NCBI GenBank assembly: GCA_963834265.1
Contig: CAWIAU010000003.1
Span: 76,475 to 140,474 of the forward strand
DNA from: an uncultured bacterium
GTDB taxonomy: Bacteria > Patescibacteriota > Saccharimonadia > Saccharimonadales > 2-12-FULL-41-12
DNA: 64,000 bases
Direction: 5' to 3'
Every line of letters begins with the position of its first letter. The stretch's first letter is position 1. Of the stretch, positions 9,912-20,182 are shown one piece after another. A program made the position numbers and the translations under genes. The notes beneath the pieces were generated by a model. It saw nothing but the letters and a program-made list of their open reading frames with translations, had not been told where the DNA came from and did not search any database.

Positions 9912-9927
9912 AAATGAGGCTTCTTCC

Positions 9928-10296
9928 CTATGCTGCCAAATGTTTTTTTACAAGTTCGGCTACCTGCCGGGGTGTCATGTCTGCTTTTAATATAAATGCG
10001 CTGACACCTAACTCCCTGATATCGCCCGGCGCTTCCTGCTCGCCGGTATTAGTAAGAATGATAACTTTGGCCGTTTTACCCCACTCCGTTGCGCGAAGCT
10101 TTTGTAGCATTTCCCCGCCGTTCATCTCTGGCATCATAAGATCCAGTAGTATGATATCGGGTTTCATCACGATAACCAGTTCTAACCCCAACTTACCGTT
10201 TTCAGCAGTCTCAACACTATAGCCTTCTGCCTCAAATTTGATACGGTACATCTGAGAAATCGCCCGGTCGTCTTCGATGATAGCTATTTTGAACAT
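9928..10296 (-). CDS. single-domain response regulator (CheY-like receiver)
   Basis: 122 aa. Acidic pocket IEDD, phospho-acceptor in ILLDLMMPEMNG, and the conserved ILTN...K pattern. No output domain. Confidence 0.85.
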   Translation of the reverse strand: MFKIAIIEDDRAISQMYRIKFEAEGYSVETAENGKLGLELVIVMKPDIILLDLMMPEMNGGEMLQKLRATEWGKTAKVIILTNTGEQEAPGDIRELGVSAFILKADMTPRQVAELVKKHLAA

Positions 10297-10355
10297 ATTA
10301 CTTATGAGTATATCATCTGATTCCGGTATCGGGAGGCAGTAATGTTCCTGCAGTG

Positions 10356-11504
10356 CTATAAATGTGCAATTGTTTTTCGAAGCGCATCTACCCCGCGCAC
10401 CAGAGTATGGAGATTTGCTCCGTATGAAATTCGTACAAATCCGTGAAGCTGAGAAAAAGCCCGCCCCGGCACGATTATCAGTCCATGCTCCGTAGCTCTT
10501 TCAACGAATTCAATATCTGTCAGGCCGTTTGGTGCCTTGATAAAGACATAGAATGCCCCCTCTGCGCCCTTAACATTAAAGCCCATATTAGTTAGATTAC
10601 TTATTAGAAAATCACGTTTTTGACGGTATTTATGAGCCAGATTATCAGGCGGATGCCCGAGAGCTGATAGCGCAGCATGCTGTGCAATCGATGAGGACGA
10701 CATGATAACGTACTGTTGTAGCTCATTAATAGCGGTGATTATTTCGGCAGGGCCTGTAATATACCCGACTCTCCAGCCGGTCATGGCGTATTCTTTCGAG
10801 AATCCGTTCATGGTTATAGTGTTCGGATAAATACTCCCGATACTAAAGTGCTTTTCTCTGTAGATAAAATGCTCGTATATTTCATCAGAAATAATCAGTA
10901 TATTGAATCGTTCAGCAATCTCTGCAATCTTGCGCAGTGTTGTTTCCGGATAAACAGCGCCTGTAGGGTTATTGGGTGAATTAATGACAATAGCTTTTGT
11001 CTGGTGGGTAATACTTGCCTCCAGTGCATCAATATCCGGTTGGAACGTTGGTAAAGTCGAAGCATACACTATTCGTCCTCCAACCATACTAGCGAGATGA
11101 GGGTAAGGAGGATAATAAGGGTCAAAAACAACTATTTCATCACCTGAGTTAATCACAGCCAAATACACGAGGAGCTGCCCTGTAGTAAGGCCCGGAACAA
11201 CTGTTACCGTATCGGCTGAACAGTTTATGTTATTTTCGGACTTTAATTTATGAGCCAGGGCTTCCCGGAGTTCAGGGAGGCCGTTGGCAGGGCTATAAGT
11301 AGTACGATCTTGTTGAATTGCATGAATTCCGGCTGCTTTGATATGCTCGGGTGTAAGCTCTTCGGGCACACCGATACTCAGATCAATCGGATCTTCCAGA
11401 ACCATTTGTTTCTGAATAGCGTGACGGAAATCACTACTATCAAAATAATCTAATCTTTGGGCAATAAATGACATTTTTGATTTTTTTGTTATTTCACATA
11501 TCAC
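10356..11504 (-). CDS. pyridoxal phosphate-dependent aminotransferase, class I/II (aspartate aminotransferase-like)
   Basis: 382 aa. Motifs NSPNNPTG and the PLP-lysine region SKEYAMTGWRVGY. Confidence 0.85.
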   Translation of the reverse strand: MICEITKKSKMSFIAQRLDYFDSSDFRHAIQKQMVLEDPIDLSIGVPEELTPEHIKAAGIHAIQQDRTTYSPANGLPELREALAHKLKSENNINCSADTVTVVPGLTTGQLLVYLAVINSGDEIVVFDPYYPPYPHLASMVGGRIVYASTLPTFQPDIDALEASITHQTKAIVINSPNNPTGAVYPETTLRKIAEIAERFNILIISDEIYEHFIYREKHFSIGSIYPNTITMNGFSKEYAMTGWRVGYITGPAEIITAINELQQYVIMSSSSIAQHAALSALGHPPDNLAHKYRQKRDFLISNLTNMGFNVKGAEGAFYVFIKAPNGLTDIEFVERATEHGLIIVPGRAFSQLHGFVRISYGANLHTLVRGVDALRKTIAHL

Positions 11505-11595
11505 TTTAACTTTATTTGTGTATATTTACAACAATACTTACTGCGAACGGACATGCTACAATTAGCTCGAAAGTAATTAAAATCATCCTCTCCAT

Positions 11596-13110
11596 ATGTC
11601 AAAACTTCTTCTACCAAGAGGCTATCGAAACGCAGAGTTACTACATAACAGACTTCAGCAGCAACCCGAAAAACAATGGCTGAATCGTGGTCATAAACGA
11701 GCCTTTAATCTGTTCCACGCAATGGCTATCCGGGTTCCGGCGTATAAGGATTTTCTGGCTTCAAAAAGATTTTCGGTTAATAGCGTCAGGAATGTTCAGG
11801 ACTTCTACAAAATACCCCCTGTAGACAAAGACAATTATCTCCGCAAATACTCTAAAGAAATGCTGTGCTGGGACGGTGAATTTGCCCATGGGCAATGGGT
11901 AATTTCCACCACTTCGGGGTCTACAGGCGTACCTTACTATTTCCCGCGTGAACGCTCCCAGGATCAGCAATATGCCATTACTGCTGAACTATATCTCAGA
12001 AATAACTTCAAAATTCATCAGAGAAGCACACTTTATATTGTAGCGTTCCCGATGGGTGCATGGATCGGGGGGCTTTTTACCTACGAAGCACTCAAAATTG
12101 TAGCCGAAAACGGTGGGTATGACCTGAGTATTATTACTCCCGGAATCCACAAGCAAGAAGTTATCAATGCCGTAAAACAACTGGGAAGTTCATACGACCA
12201 GATTATTATCGGAGCTTATGCACCGTTTCTCAAAGATATTCTTGATGACGGCATAAGAGAAGGTATAGATTGGAAGAATTGCAATACCGGCTTTGTATTT
12301 TCGGCAGAAGCTTTCACAGAAACCTTTAGGGATTATGTTTTAGGGATAGCTCAACCCCGTGATAGCCTGAGAAATACCTTGAATCATTACGGAACAGTTG
12401 ATCTGGGCACAATGGCGCACGAAACACCGGAATCGATCCTGATTCGCCGTGAACTGGTACATAATAATAAACTTCCTGTTCTCTTTCCGGAGAACCACCG
12501 GCAGCCGACTTTTGCCCAATATAACCCCGAACTATTTTATTTTGACGAGGTCGAAAATAATCTGTTCTGTACGGCATATAGTGGTATTCCTCTGGTACGG
12601 TATGATCTGCATGATTATGGCGGAATACTGAGTAGAAATGTCGTTCACCGAAAACTCAGTGAGGCCGGTATTGACGTAATAAATGCCTGCAAGAAGGCCG
12701 GTATTCAGGATACGCTCTGGAATCTGCCGTTTGTATATATCTATGAACGCAAAGATTTTAGTGTTAGTTATTACGCTTTTTTGATATATCCCGATATGGT
12801 ACGTCGTGCTCTGCAATCCACTCGTCTCGATAAAAAAATAACGGGGAAATTTACCATGGAAGTTGACTATGACCAGAATGGCCGACAGCGCTTTCACATC
12901 AATATCGAATGTAAATATTCTGTAGTAGATAGCCCTGAACTTCGTCAAACGCTGCAGAACATAATCCATGACAGGTTGCTGACAGAAAGCTCAGAATATA
13001 ACGAAACTGCCAAAATGGTCGGAGAAGGTATTAAACCGATGATAAAATTGTGGAACTATGAGGATCCCTCTTACTTTAAATCAGGAACGAAGCAGAAATG
13101 GGTAAAATAG
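11596..13110 (+). CDS. adenylate-forming enzyme, PaaK / coenzyme F390 synthetase-like
   Basis: 504 aa. TSGSTGVPYYFPR corresponds to the TSGTTGxP AMP-binding motif of the PaaK/F390-synthetase group. Confidence 0.6.
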   Translation: MSKLLLPRGYRNAELLHNRLQQQPEKQWLNRGHKRAFNLFHAMAIRVPAYKDFLASKRFSVNSVRNVQDFYKIPPVDKDNYLRKYSKEMLCWDGEFAHGQWVISTTSGSTGVPYYFPRERSQDQQYAITAELYLRNNFKIHQRSTLYIVAFPMGAWIGGLFTYEALKIVAENGGYDLSIITPGIHKQEVINAVKQLGSSYDQIIIGAYAPFLKDILDDGIREGIDWKNCNTGFVFSAEAFTETFRDYVLGIAQPRDSLRNTLNHYGTVDLGTMAHETPESILIRRELVHNNKLPVLFPENHRQPTFAQYNPELFYFDEVENNLFCTAYSGIPLVRYDLHDYGGILSRNVVHRKLSEAGIDVINACKKAGIQDTLWNLPFVYIYERKDFSVSYYAFLIYPDMVRRALQSTRLDKKITGKFTMEVDYDQNGRQRFHINIECKYSVVDSPELRQTLQNIIHDRLLTESSEYNETAKMVGEGIKPMIKLWNYEDPSYFKSGTKQKWVK

Positions 13111-14291
13111 CGAGCGCTATGATTAACACGGCTGAAGTGCCGGGCTGGAGTAAGCCGTTCATTCTGGATTTGAATTCAGGGTCGGACCAGGAAGTACTAC
13201 AAAATCTGAGCAGGGAACAGAAAATTCACTACATCTCGGACAATATTGATGCCGCAATCGAAGAGCTTTATCATATAGAAAATCCTTCTCAAATAGATAA
13301 CATCGACTACCAGACTTATCAATCTTATATAAAAGAGCTGGTTAATGGTAACGCTGATAATTACGGTAAGTGGGTGTATTTCCCATGGAACGGTACGCTT
13401 GTACATTTTCCATCGGCAGACGATCTAAGCAGGCTGCGTGGGTCCAGAAACCGCAATCTTATAACCGATACAGAAAGAAAAGAGCTTATCCGGGATAAAA
13501 CCATTCTGATACTAGGACTAAGCGTGGGCAGTAACGTGGTTGATTCGCTGCTGATGCAAGGTATTGGCAGCAAATATATCCTGGTCGATATGGATCACCT
13601 CGGTCCGACGAATCTCAACCGTATTCGTGCTTCATATGACCAGCTGAACATTCATAAAGTGGATGTGGTTGCCAAGAAAATCAGTGAACTTGATCCATAT
13701 CTGGAGCAGGTTCATTACAAAGACGGTCTCAATGAAGATAATCTGGAAGAAATTTTGAGCCGGCATTCACCGGATATTATTGTTGACGAAATGGATTCAC
13801 TTCGTATGAAAGTTCTAGTACGCACAAAGGCTCAGCAACAAAGAATACCTTTGCTTATGGCTACGGATGATGGCGATGATATCTTACTGGATATAGAACG
13901 ATACGATTTATCAGAAAATTTACCAATATTACATGGTATCCTGCCGGAACAGGTTATCAAAGAAATACTGAGTAATAAAAAAATGACTCGTCAGGAAACA
14001 GGAGCAATCATAGGCAGGTATTTTGTTGACCTCAATAATGTACCCGTCAGAATGATTGAATCTCTGATGGAGGTAGGCAAAACACTGCCCAGCTGGCCGC
14101 AACTCGGTGGAGCAGCAGTATTATCCGGATTATATACATCATATGCTGCCAAAAAAATTCTGCTCGGGCAGAAATTAAATTCCGGGCGATTTCTGATGGG
14201 ACCCGAAGCCCAGCTCAACCCGGAACCGGGTGACCCCATTTATCAGCACAGAAAGAAAGCCCTTATAGAAAAAATGACGGGCAAAACATAA
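13098..14291 (+). CDS. ThiF/MoeB/E1-like adenylyltransferase family protein (Rv1355c-like N-terminal module)
   Basis: 397 aa. The start overlaps the upstream gene by 13 nt. ILILGLSVGSNVVDSLLMQGIGSKYILVDMDHLGPTNLNRI resembles the ThiF Rossmann region, with a degenerate glycine motif. Confidence 0.6.
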   Translation: MGKIASAMINTAEVPGWSKPFILDLNSGSDQEVLQNLSREQKIHYISDNIDAAIEELYHIENPSQIDNIDYQTYQSYIKELVNGNADNYGKWVYFPWNGTLVHFPSADDLSRLRGSRNRNLITDTERKELIRDKTILILGLSVGSNVVDSLLMQGIGSKYILVDMDHLGPTNLNRIRASYDQLNIHKVDVVAKKISELDPYLEQVHYKDGLNEDNLEEILSRHSPDIIVDEMDSLRMKVLVRTKAQQQRIPLLMATDDGDDILLDIERYDLSENLPILHGILPEQVIKEILSNKKMTRQETGAIIGRYFVDLNNVPVRMIESLMEVGKTLPSWPQLGGAAVLSGLYTSYAAKKILLGQKLNSGRFLMGPEAQLNPEPGDPIYQHRKKALIEKMTGKT

Positions 14292-14311
14292 AGTCTATCG
14301 GGAGATACTGA

Positions 14312-15349
14312 TTAGCCTGTAACTTTATGCAGCGGCCAGCGCGGAGTGTGCCGGGCATATTTTTTAGTGTGACCAAGGCGGATTATTGCTAAAGGTTGCG
14401 ACTCCAATTCGAAGTGGTCTTTAATTGTCTGTTTAGTCTCAGTATCAATAACTGCCGCACCAATTCCGCTTGTGGCAATACCGTGCTGCCGCGCCAGAAT
14501 ACAAATTTGCGCATAAAGCCTACCTGCATCCATGTACGCTTCTTTGCTTTGATTCCTTATTGTTATCAGCGCAAGGTCTGCAGAATGGACTATCCTTCCG
14601 GCATCTTTTTTTGCCTGGCCTTTAGAAATATCAATATTTTTGATGATATGCCTGGCAATTAATGACGGAGGGGTAGGCATGCCCTGGGCAAATGCCGGCA
14701 TTCCATCATGGCGTCTGCTCAGGTTATTTCTTACCCATTTACTTAACTCCGAACGGAACTGAGGATCACTCATGATTTTGATTGTTGCCAACTTTGTTTG
14801 ATTGGCTATGAATGCAATATCACTCCTATCCGAAATAATGCTTACATCTGAGTTTTTAGAGACAGAACCTGTAATTTTCTTTATTAGCAACGGATCCAGA
14901 TTTGATGTATCAAAATTATTACGATTCGAAGTTCTGTGAACAAGTGCCTGCAGTAATGACGGATCAGCCGGAGTTTGTCCGTCAAGTGTAATTGTGGCGG
15001 CCAAATCATCCCGGAAGGTATATATAATACTTAACTTATATCCGAAACCTTGCGCGGCGAGCTCCATAGCTGCAAGGCAGCTACCCAGACTTACATATGG
15101 CTCTGCTGCCTGTGTACCGGAATATGGCAGGTGGCGCTCAGGATTGTCTCTTAGTTGTAATATTTGATTTTCAGCAGTAAATTTCCATGGTTGGGTATTG
15201 TGTCCTGAGGGTGCCAGAATCGCGTACCTTGCAAAAAACTGCAATTTTCTTATATCTGACCAGCCACTCCTGAATTCCCCGGGATTTATATGCCACGCCG
15301 CATAGTTCTTTTTAACCATAAGAATTGCTTTTCTCTCTGTGATTAACAT
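14312..15349 (-). CDS. nitroreductase-fold FMN oxidoreductase (Acg/Rv2032-like)
   Basis: 345 aa. PSGHNTQPWKF motif. The length fits the double-lobed Acg subgroup. Confidence 0.65.
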   Translation of the reverse strand: MLITERKAILMVKKNYAAWHINPGEFRSGWSDIRKLQFFARYAILAPSGHNTQPWKFTAENQILQLRDNPERHLPYSGTQAAEPYVSLGSCLAAMELAAQGFGYKLSIIYTFRDDLAATITLDGQTPADPSLLQALVHRTSNRNNFDTSNLDPLLIKKITGSVSKNSDVSIISDRSDIAFIANQTKLATIKIMSDPQFRSELSKWVRNNLSRRHDGMPAFAQGMPTPPSLIARHIIKNIDISKGQAKKDAGRIVHSADLALITIRNQSKEAYMDAGRLYAQICILARQHGIATSGIGAAVIDTETKQTIKDHFELESQPLAIIRLGHTKKYARHTPRWPLHKVTG

Positions 15350-15360
15350 AAAGTAGACTC

Positions 15361-17538
15361 ATGCTAACCGCTATTATTATCCTTACCAGTATAGCTCAGA
15401 TTGTACTGGCTCTTTTTGTATATTTGAAAGGACGTAAAAATCTTACCAATATTCTCTTTGCCCTGTTATGTACGGCAACTCTTTGCTGGGCTCTGACAAA
15501 TTACATTACAATATCTTATTTAAACTCTCCCGATCTTATATATATAGTCCGGTTAATATTATTCTGTGTGGTTCTGCAGAACGCGTTTTTTTACTTATTT
15601 GCGCGGACTTTTCCTGCTAAATCATGGAGGTATTCCGGGAAAGAACTCGCAGCTTACGGTATTTTTACAATATTTGCAGCTGTTGCGACCCTTTCTCCTT
15701 TTGTGTTTACTTCGGTTGCTATCAAGGACGGACTGCCGGGTACTGTAGCCGGCCCCGCAATATTAATTTTTGTGGCCCATGCCGCTTTTTCGATTACTGT
15801 TGGCTTCAGAGCTCTCATTAAGAAAAATCGTCGTGCAGCCGGGGCAAAAAAAAGTCAAATAGAACTCCTGTTACTAGCATCCGTACTCAACTGGATCATC
15901 GTTCCCATTACAAATTTTGCGATAACACCAATCATAAAAACAACTTTATTTATATTGATCGGCCCTGTCTATACGCTCATTTTTGCAGCAATTATCGCTT
16001 ATGCAATTGTGTCACAGAAGTTGTTTGATATCCGTTCTGCTGTTGCTCGTTCAGTAGCATATCTTTTGTCGCTGGGAATGATAGGCGCAGGCTACGGGGC
16101 ACTCATATATATTATCTCTAACTTATTAAGTAAGGAAACGATCTCTGATGACGGCTATCGTCTGATATTTATTATTTTTGCCTTGCTCAGCGCATTGCTC
16201 TACCCGTCTACAAAACAGTTTTTTGACAGAGTCACAAACCGGCTGTTTTATCGGGACGCTTACGAGCCACAGGTTTTTCTTAATCAGCTTAATGAGACAC
16301 TGGTTAATAATATCGAGCTGGGAATTTTATTGCGGCATACTACCAAAGTCATCGAAGATAACATCAAGTGCGGCTTTTGTTTGGTAGGCGTGGCAGAGAC
16401 TAATACGCGGCCGTGGCGGGTCATGGGAACAACTGACCATGAGCTTACCCTGGCCGACAACCAGTTTATCCGGTCTGAATTATCACACATCGGTAAAAAA
16501 CTGGTACTGACTGAAGATCTGGAAAATCGCTACTCCAAACTCAGGAAACTTTTGGAGCAAAACAATATCTCTGTTATCGCCAGTTTAATAACCAGCTATA
16601 AATCACGGGACCAGGCTACGGCTTATCTGATACTAGGTCCAAAGAAGAGCGGTAATATATATAACAAACAGGATCTGAGAATACTGGAAATTATCTCTAA
16701 TGAGCTGCTGATTGCTGTTCAGAATGCTCTGCGATTCGAAGAAATTGAAGAATTCAATGTAACTCTGCAAAGCCGCATCAATGAAGCGACGGCTAAGCTG
16801 CAAAAGACTAATGAGAAACTGAAAGAACTGGACGAGACTAAAGATGAGTTTTTGAGTATGGCGAGCCATCAGCTCCGGACACCCCTCACCAGTGTTAAAG
16901 GTTATCTGAGTATGGTATTGGAGGGAGATGCAGGCAAATTAAACCCCATGCAGAAAGAGCTGCTCGGACAGTCCTTCGCCAGTTCTCAGCGGATGGTTTA
17001 TCTGATTGCAGATTTGTTGAACGTTTCACGCCTGAAAACAGGCAAATTTGTAATTGATGCTCATCCCGTCAATCTGGCAGATGTCGTTGATTCAGAAATC
17101 TCTCAGCTCAAAGAGACAGCCAGAACCAAGAAAATTAAGCTGACTTATGAAAAACCGGATGAATTCCCGGTGCTTATGCTGGACGAGACCAAAACCCGTC
17201 AGGTTATTATGAACCTTATCGACAATGCTATCTATTACACCCCCTCTGGCGGCAATATCGTAGTAGCGGTACGTGCTGACCGGTCCAATGTGTATTTTAC
17301 AGTCAAAGACAACGGTCTCGGAGTACCGCAAGACGAGCAAGCGCATATGTTCACCAAATTCTATCGTGCCAAAAACGCTCAGAAAGCCCGCCCCGACGGC
17401 ACCGGACTCGGTCTTTATATGGCCAAAAAGGTGATCAATGCTCAGGGCGGTACCATTCTGTTCGAGAGCAAAGAGAAACATGGAAGCATATTCGGCTTCT
17501 CATTTCAGAAATCCAGGCTTCCGCCTATTCCTGAATAA
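15361..17538 (+). CDS. sensor histidine kinase with a multi-TM N-terminal domain
   Basis: 725 aa. About 7 TM helices, a coiled coil, H-box SMASHQLRTPLTSVKGY, N-box NLIDNAIYYTP, and G-boxes DNGLGVP and GTGLGLYMAKK. Confidence 0.85.
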   Translation: MLTAIIILTSIAQIVLALFVYLKGRKNLTNILFALLCTATLCWALTNYITISYLNSPDLIYIVRLILFCVVLQNAFFYLFARTFPAKSWRYSGKELAAYGIFTIFAAVATLSPFVFTSVAIKDGLPGTVAGPAILIFVAHAAFSITVGFRALIKKNRRAAGAKKSQIELLLLASVLNWIIVPITNFAITPIIKTTLFILIGPVYTLIFAAIIAYAIVSQKLFDIRSAVARSVAYLLSLGMIGAGYGALIYIISNLLSKETISDDGYRLIFIIFALLSALLYPSTKQFFDRVTNRLFYRDAYEPQVFLNQLNETLVNNIELGILLRHTTKVIEDNIKCGFCLVGVAETNTRPWRVMGTTDHELTLADNQFIRSELSHIGKKLVLTEDLENRYSKLRKLLEQNNISVIASLITSYKSRDQATAYLILGPKKSGNIYNKQDLRILEIISNELLIAVQNALRFEEIEEFNVTLQSRINEATAKLQKTNEKLKELDETKDEFLSMASHQLRTPLTSVKGYLSMVLEGDAGKLNPMQKELLGQSFASSQRMVYLIADLLNVSRLKTGKFVIDAHPVNLADVVDSEISQLKETARTKKIKLTYEKPDEFPVLMLDETKTRQVIMNLIDNAIYYTPSGGNIVVAVRADRSNVYFTVKDNGLGVPQDEQAHMFTKFYRAKNAQKARPDGTGLGLYMAKKVINAQGGTILFESKEKHGSIFGFSFQKSRLPPIPE

Positions 17539-17591
17539 ACTTATATTATCAGATATAATTTTAAGCATAACTTCTATGCCAGTTAATATTG

Positions 17592-17620
17592 TTGACAATA
17601 TACAATTCTTGTGATATTAT
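17592..17620 (+). promoter_or_regulatory. sigma-70-type promoter (TTGACA-N17-TATTAT)
   Basis: TTGACA at 17592-17597, a 17-nt spacer, and TATTAT at 17615-17620, about 64 nt upstream of the 17684 ORF. Confidence 0.55.
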
Positions 17621-17683
17621 GCATTCATACACAAGTTTGGGTATCAACCCCCGAACAAGGGTGTGGAGCAATAAGCACCAACC

Positions 17684-18943
17684 ATGTTGGAGCAGAACGG
17701 AAGAATGAATATTATGAACAGAAGTGAAATGCTGGGAATAGGTGTCGCCTTAAGTATGGTAGGTAATGCTGCGCCTGCTGTAGCCGCAGAAATACGCGAC
17801 CCGTCTGCTGCCAACCGTGCCCAACAAGCTCATACTATTGGTGAACAAGCCGGTCCTCTGGCCGTAGCTGCAAGCGTACCTGACAATCTTCGTGCTAACG
17901 CTGCTTCCGCGTCCTCTGAGGGTCAATCCGGCAATGACATAGTCTGTACTAAGCCGGGCGAATCTGAGGCTATACCAAGCAAAAAAGAACTAATCAGACT
18001 TGCCGGTGGTGGCAAAGATGCCTGCGGACGTACAGTTAACAAGATTTGGACAGCCATGGGTGTTACACCTGAGGTTGCCAGAACTATGAAGCTTGGTCAG
18101 GTTTGCGCATCAGAAGGATACATATCTTCCGGGCGCAAGGTCAGTCCTGTACCCGCTAACAACAAAGGCCTCGTAATAAACGGTAAGCGCGTAGCATATA
18201 CCCGGCCTTTAAGTGATTTTGGCAGTGATGAATGCTACGAAGCGTACAAAGGCGAAAGGGAAGACGGCACAAAGCTAGCGGTTCTTACCGGATGCGGTAA
18301 TCCTGAAGCCGAAAAACTTCCCCCCAAACGAGATCGCAAAATTCCGAAGCAGCCGACAGCATCTGTAAATGTGCAGAAGATTGCCAAAGATGATCAGAAT
18401 AATAAGATAACTGTCACAGATAAGATATTTACAGTCGCAGCTACTTGTTTCGGCAAAGGCAACAAAACCATACAGAACACAATCAAGATAGGTACAGAGA
18501 CAGCCAGCCTGCTCAAGGGATGTTTGCCCAGCAAAGCCCGTGGCCGGTTGCGATACGCTATAGTGACCGAATTCAATGTGCCTGATGGTTACGAGATAGA
18601 GTCACCGGCCAGCGGTACCCAAAGAGTTTACCTGCCAAGACTTGTCAAAAAGGGTCGCGGATTTAAGGCATTAACAGCCAAGCTGGCAACATTCACAAAC
18701 AAGAAGAAAGTTATCCCTCCCGGCCCACCGCCCATGCCACAATGCGTTCCTCCAACAACAGGCACATATCCTGCTTGCGAAGCACCAAAAGGTGCTGAAC
18801 CACCTACAACTGTTACTCCCGTGGTGTCTGAAACACCCAAAGGTACTGAGCCAGGTAGCGAAACTGCCCCTGATCCTAATGCAACTCTTCCGGAGTGTAA
18901 TGAATATACGGTAGGAATACCTTGTACGACGAAGCCAGTGTAA
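17684..18943 (+). CDS. secreted Cys-containing protein with a Pro-rich C-terminal tail
   Basis: 419 aa. Signal peptide ending AAPAVAAE. C-terminal PPGPPPMPQCVPP...APKGAEPPTT. The true start may be ATG 17705 (MNIMNRSE). Confidence 0.6.
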   Translation: MLEQNGRMNIMNRSEMLGIGVALSMVGNAAPAVAAEIRDPSAANRAQQAHTIGEQAGPLAVAASVPDNLRANAASASSEGQSGNDIVCTKPGESEAIPSKKELIRLAGGGKDACGRTVNKIWTAMGVTPEVARTMKLGQVCASEGYISSGRKVSPVPANNKGLVINGKRVAYTRPLSDFGSDECYEAYKGEREDGTKLAVLTGCGNPEAEKLPPKRDRKIPKQPTASVNVQKIAKDDQNNKITVTDKIFTVAATCFGKGNKTIQNTIKIGTETASLLKGCLPSKARGRLRYAIVTEFNVPDGYEIESPASGTQRVYLPRLVKKGRGFKALTAKLATFTNKKKVIPPGPPPMPQCVPPTTGTYPACEAPKGAEPPTTVTPVVSETPKGTEPGSETAPDPNATLPECNEYTVGIPCTTKPV

Positions 18944-18974
18944 ATTAAAGAAAGTAATTAAGGAATATATAACT

Positions 18975-19858
18975 ATGAAAAACCCATCAACCATAAAGAA
19001 AACCCTCACCACGTTAGCAATATTGCTGACCGGAGCCATCACCCTCACCACGGCCGTAGCATCAGCTATACCGTATGACGGACCCAACACCCCCAACTCG
19101 CCCGTACCGGCCTTTAACGTCTATACCGGCGTACCGTCTGTCGGCACCGAGTCTGACTTCCTCCGTGCCCGTGTCCCTACCGCTCCCAGCGGTGACACAG
19201 CCACTCCCTATGTTGATCCCCTGAACGCCACCTGTGTGGCCGGACAGCGCATCCAGATGCGTGTCTACGTACACAACGGTGCTTCAGTTGCCGGCAACCA
19301 GAACGGTTCCGGTCCCAGCGTAGCTCATGGTACGAAAGTTAAAGTAACTGTTCCCGGCAACGAAGCCACCAGCTTCAGTCCCAACGCTACTATCAGCTCA
19401 ACCAATGCCGCAGCCGTCACCGACGCTGTATCAATCCGTTGTTCCAACACCAGTAATGTCAAGCTGTCCTACGTTCCCGGCTCTGCCTCTCAGTACAGCA
19501 TCGGCAGCGGTGTCGTAGCCCTGGGTGACGAAATCGTCAGCAGCGGTTCACCGATCCGCAGCCGTACTGTTCCAGGTGATGTATGGGGCTGCTGGGATGA
19601 CCGTGTCTACGTAATCCTGACAGTTCAGGTTGAACAGAAGACAACCCCTCCTCCGCCTGTTACTCCACCATCAGTAACACCACCAACTCCGACTCCTCCA
19701 GCGCCACACCTCCTGCAACTCCTCCGAACGTTCCTGCTGTGCCTGTACCTTCAAGCCTGCCGAACACCGGTGCCGGTGCAGTCATTGCCACCTTCTTCGG
19801 AGTCAGCAGCCTTGGTAGCGGTGCTTACTACATCGTGCGGCGCAAGCTCGGACTTTAG
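18975..19858 (+). pseudogene. LPXTG-anchored surface protein, upstream copy, frameshifted before the sorting signal
   Basis: Near-identical to 25106..25990. One T is missing after 19705 (GCGCC-ACACC versus GCGCCTACACC). The annotated frame then reads on to 19892 and loses LPNTG. With the frame restored, the LPNTG + hydrophobic + RRK signal ends at TAG 19856-19858. Confidence 0.65.
18990..19858 (+). repeat. direct repeat copy 1 (about 869 bp), partner at 25121..25990
   Basis: Identical antisense ORF translations at 19062..19274 and 25193..25405. A by-eye alignment shows differences confined to the last ~150 bp (Pro-rich linker). Confidence 0.9.
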
Positions 19859-19947
19859 AACTGACCGTTCTTCGATAAAACCAACATCTTAAAATCAATA
19901 GTCCCCGCAGAACAAAACACCACTGTTTGAGGTGATAGATCAGCAGG

Positions 19948-20014
19948 TCAAAAACTGTCATTTCCGCGTGAAGCATATCTGTAGATATGCTGAGTAAGGA
20001 ATGACAGTTTTTGA
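19948..20014. other. 67-nt nested perfect hairpin
   Basis: Outer arms are TCAAAAACTGTCATT(T)CC and GGAATGACAGTTTTTGA. Inner arms are AGCATATCT and AGATATGCT, with a GTA loop. Confidence 0.6.
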
Positions 20015-20063
20015 ACACTGAGGCACGGCTCAAACGGGGGATTTTGTTTTGCCGGGACTATAG

Positions 20064-20094
20064 CCCTTGTCTGTAACAGGCAAGGGGCTTTTGC
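20064..20094 (+). terminator. possible rho-independent terminator
   Basis: CCCTTG stem, an 11-nt loop, CAAGGG, then GCTTTTGC. The stem is short and the T-tract weak. Confidence 0.3.
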
Positions 20095-20144
20095 ATTCTT
20101 TCTGTCCTGACAAAGCTTATCAGAAACAATAGTAAATAATAATA

Positions 20145-20173
20145 TTGACAAAATACAACTCATATGCTATTAT
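20145..20173 (+). promoter_or_regulatory. sigma-70-type promoter (TTGACA-N17-TATTAT)
   Basis: TTGACA at 20145-20150, a 17-nt spacer, and TATTAT at 20168-20173. The ATG at 20183 implies a leaderless or very short-leader mRNA. Confidence 0.55.
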
Positions 20174-20182
20174 GTATACATT

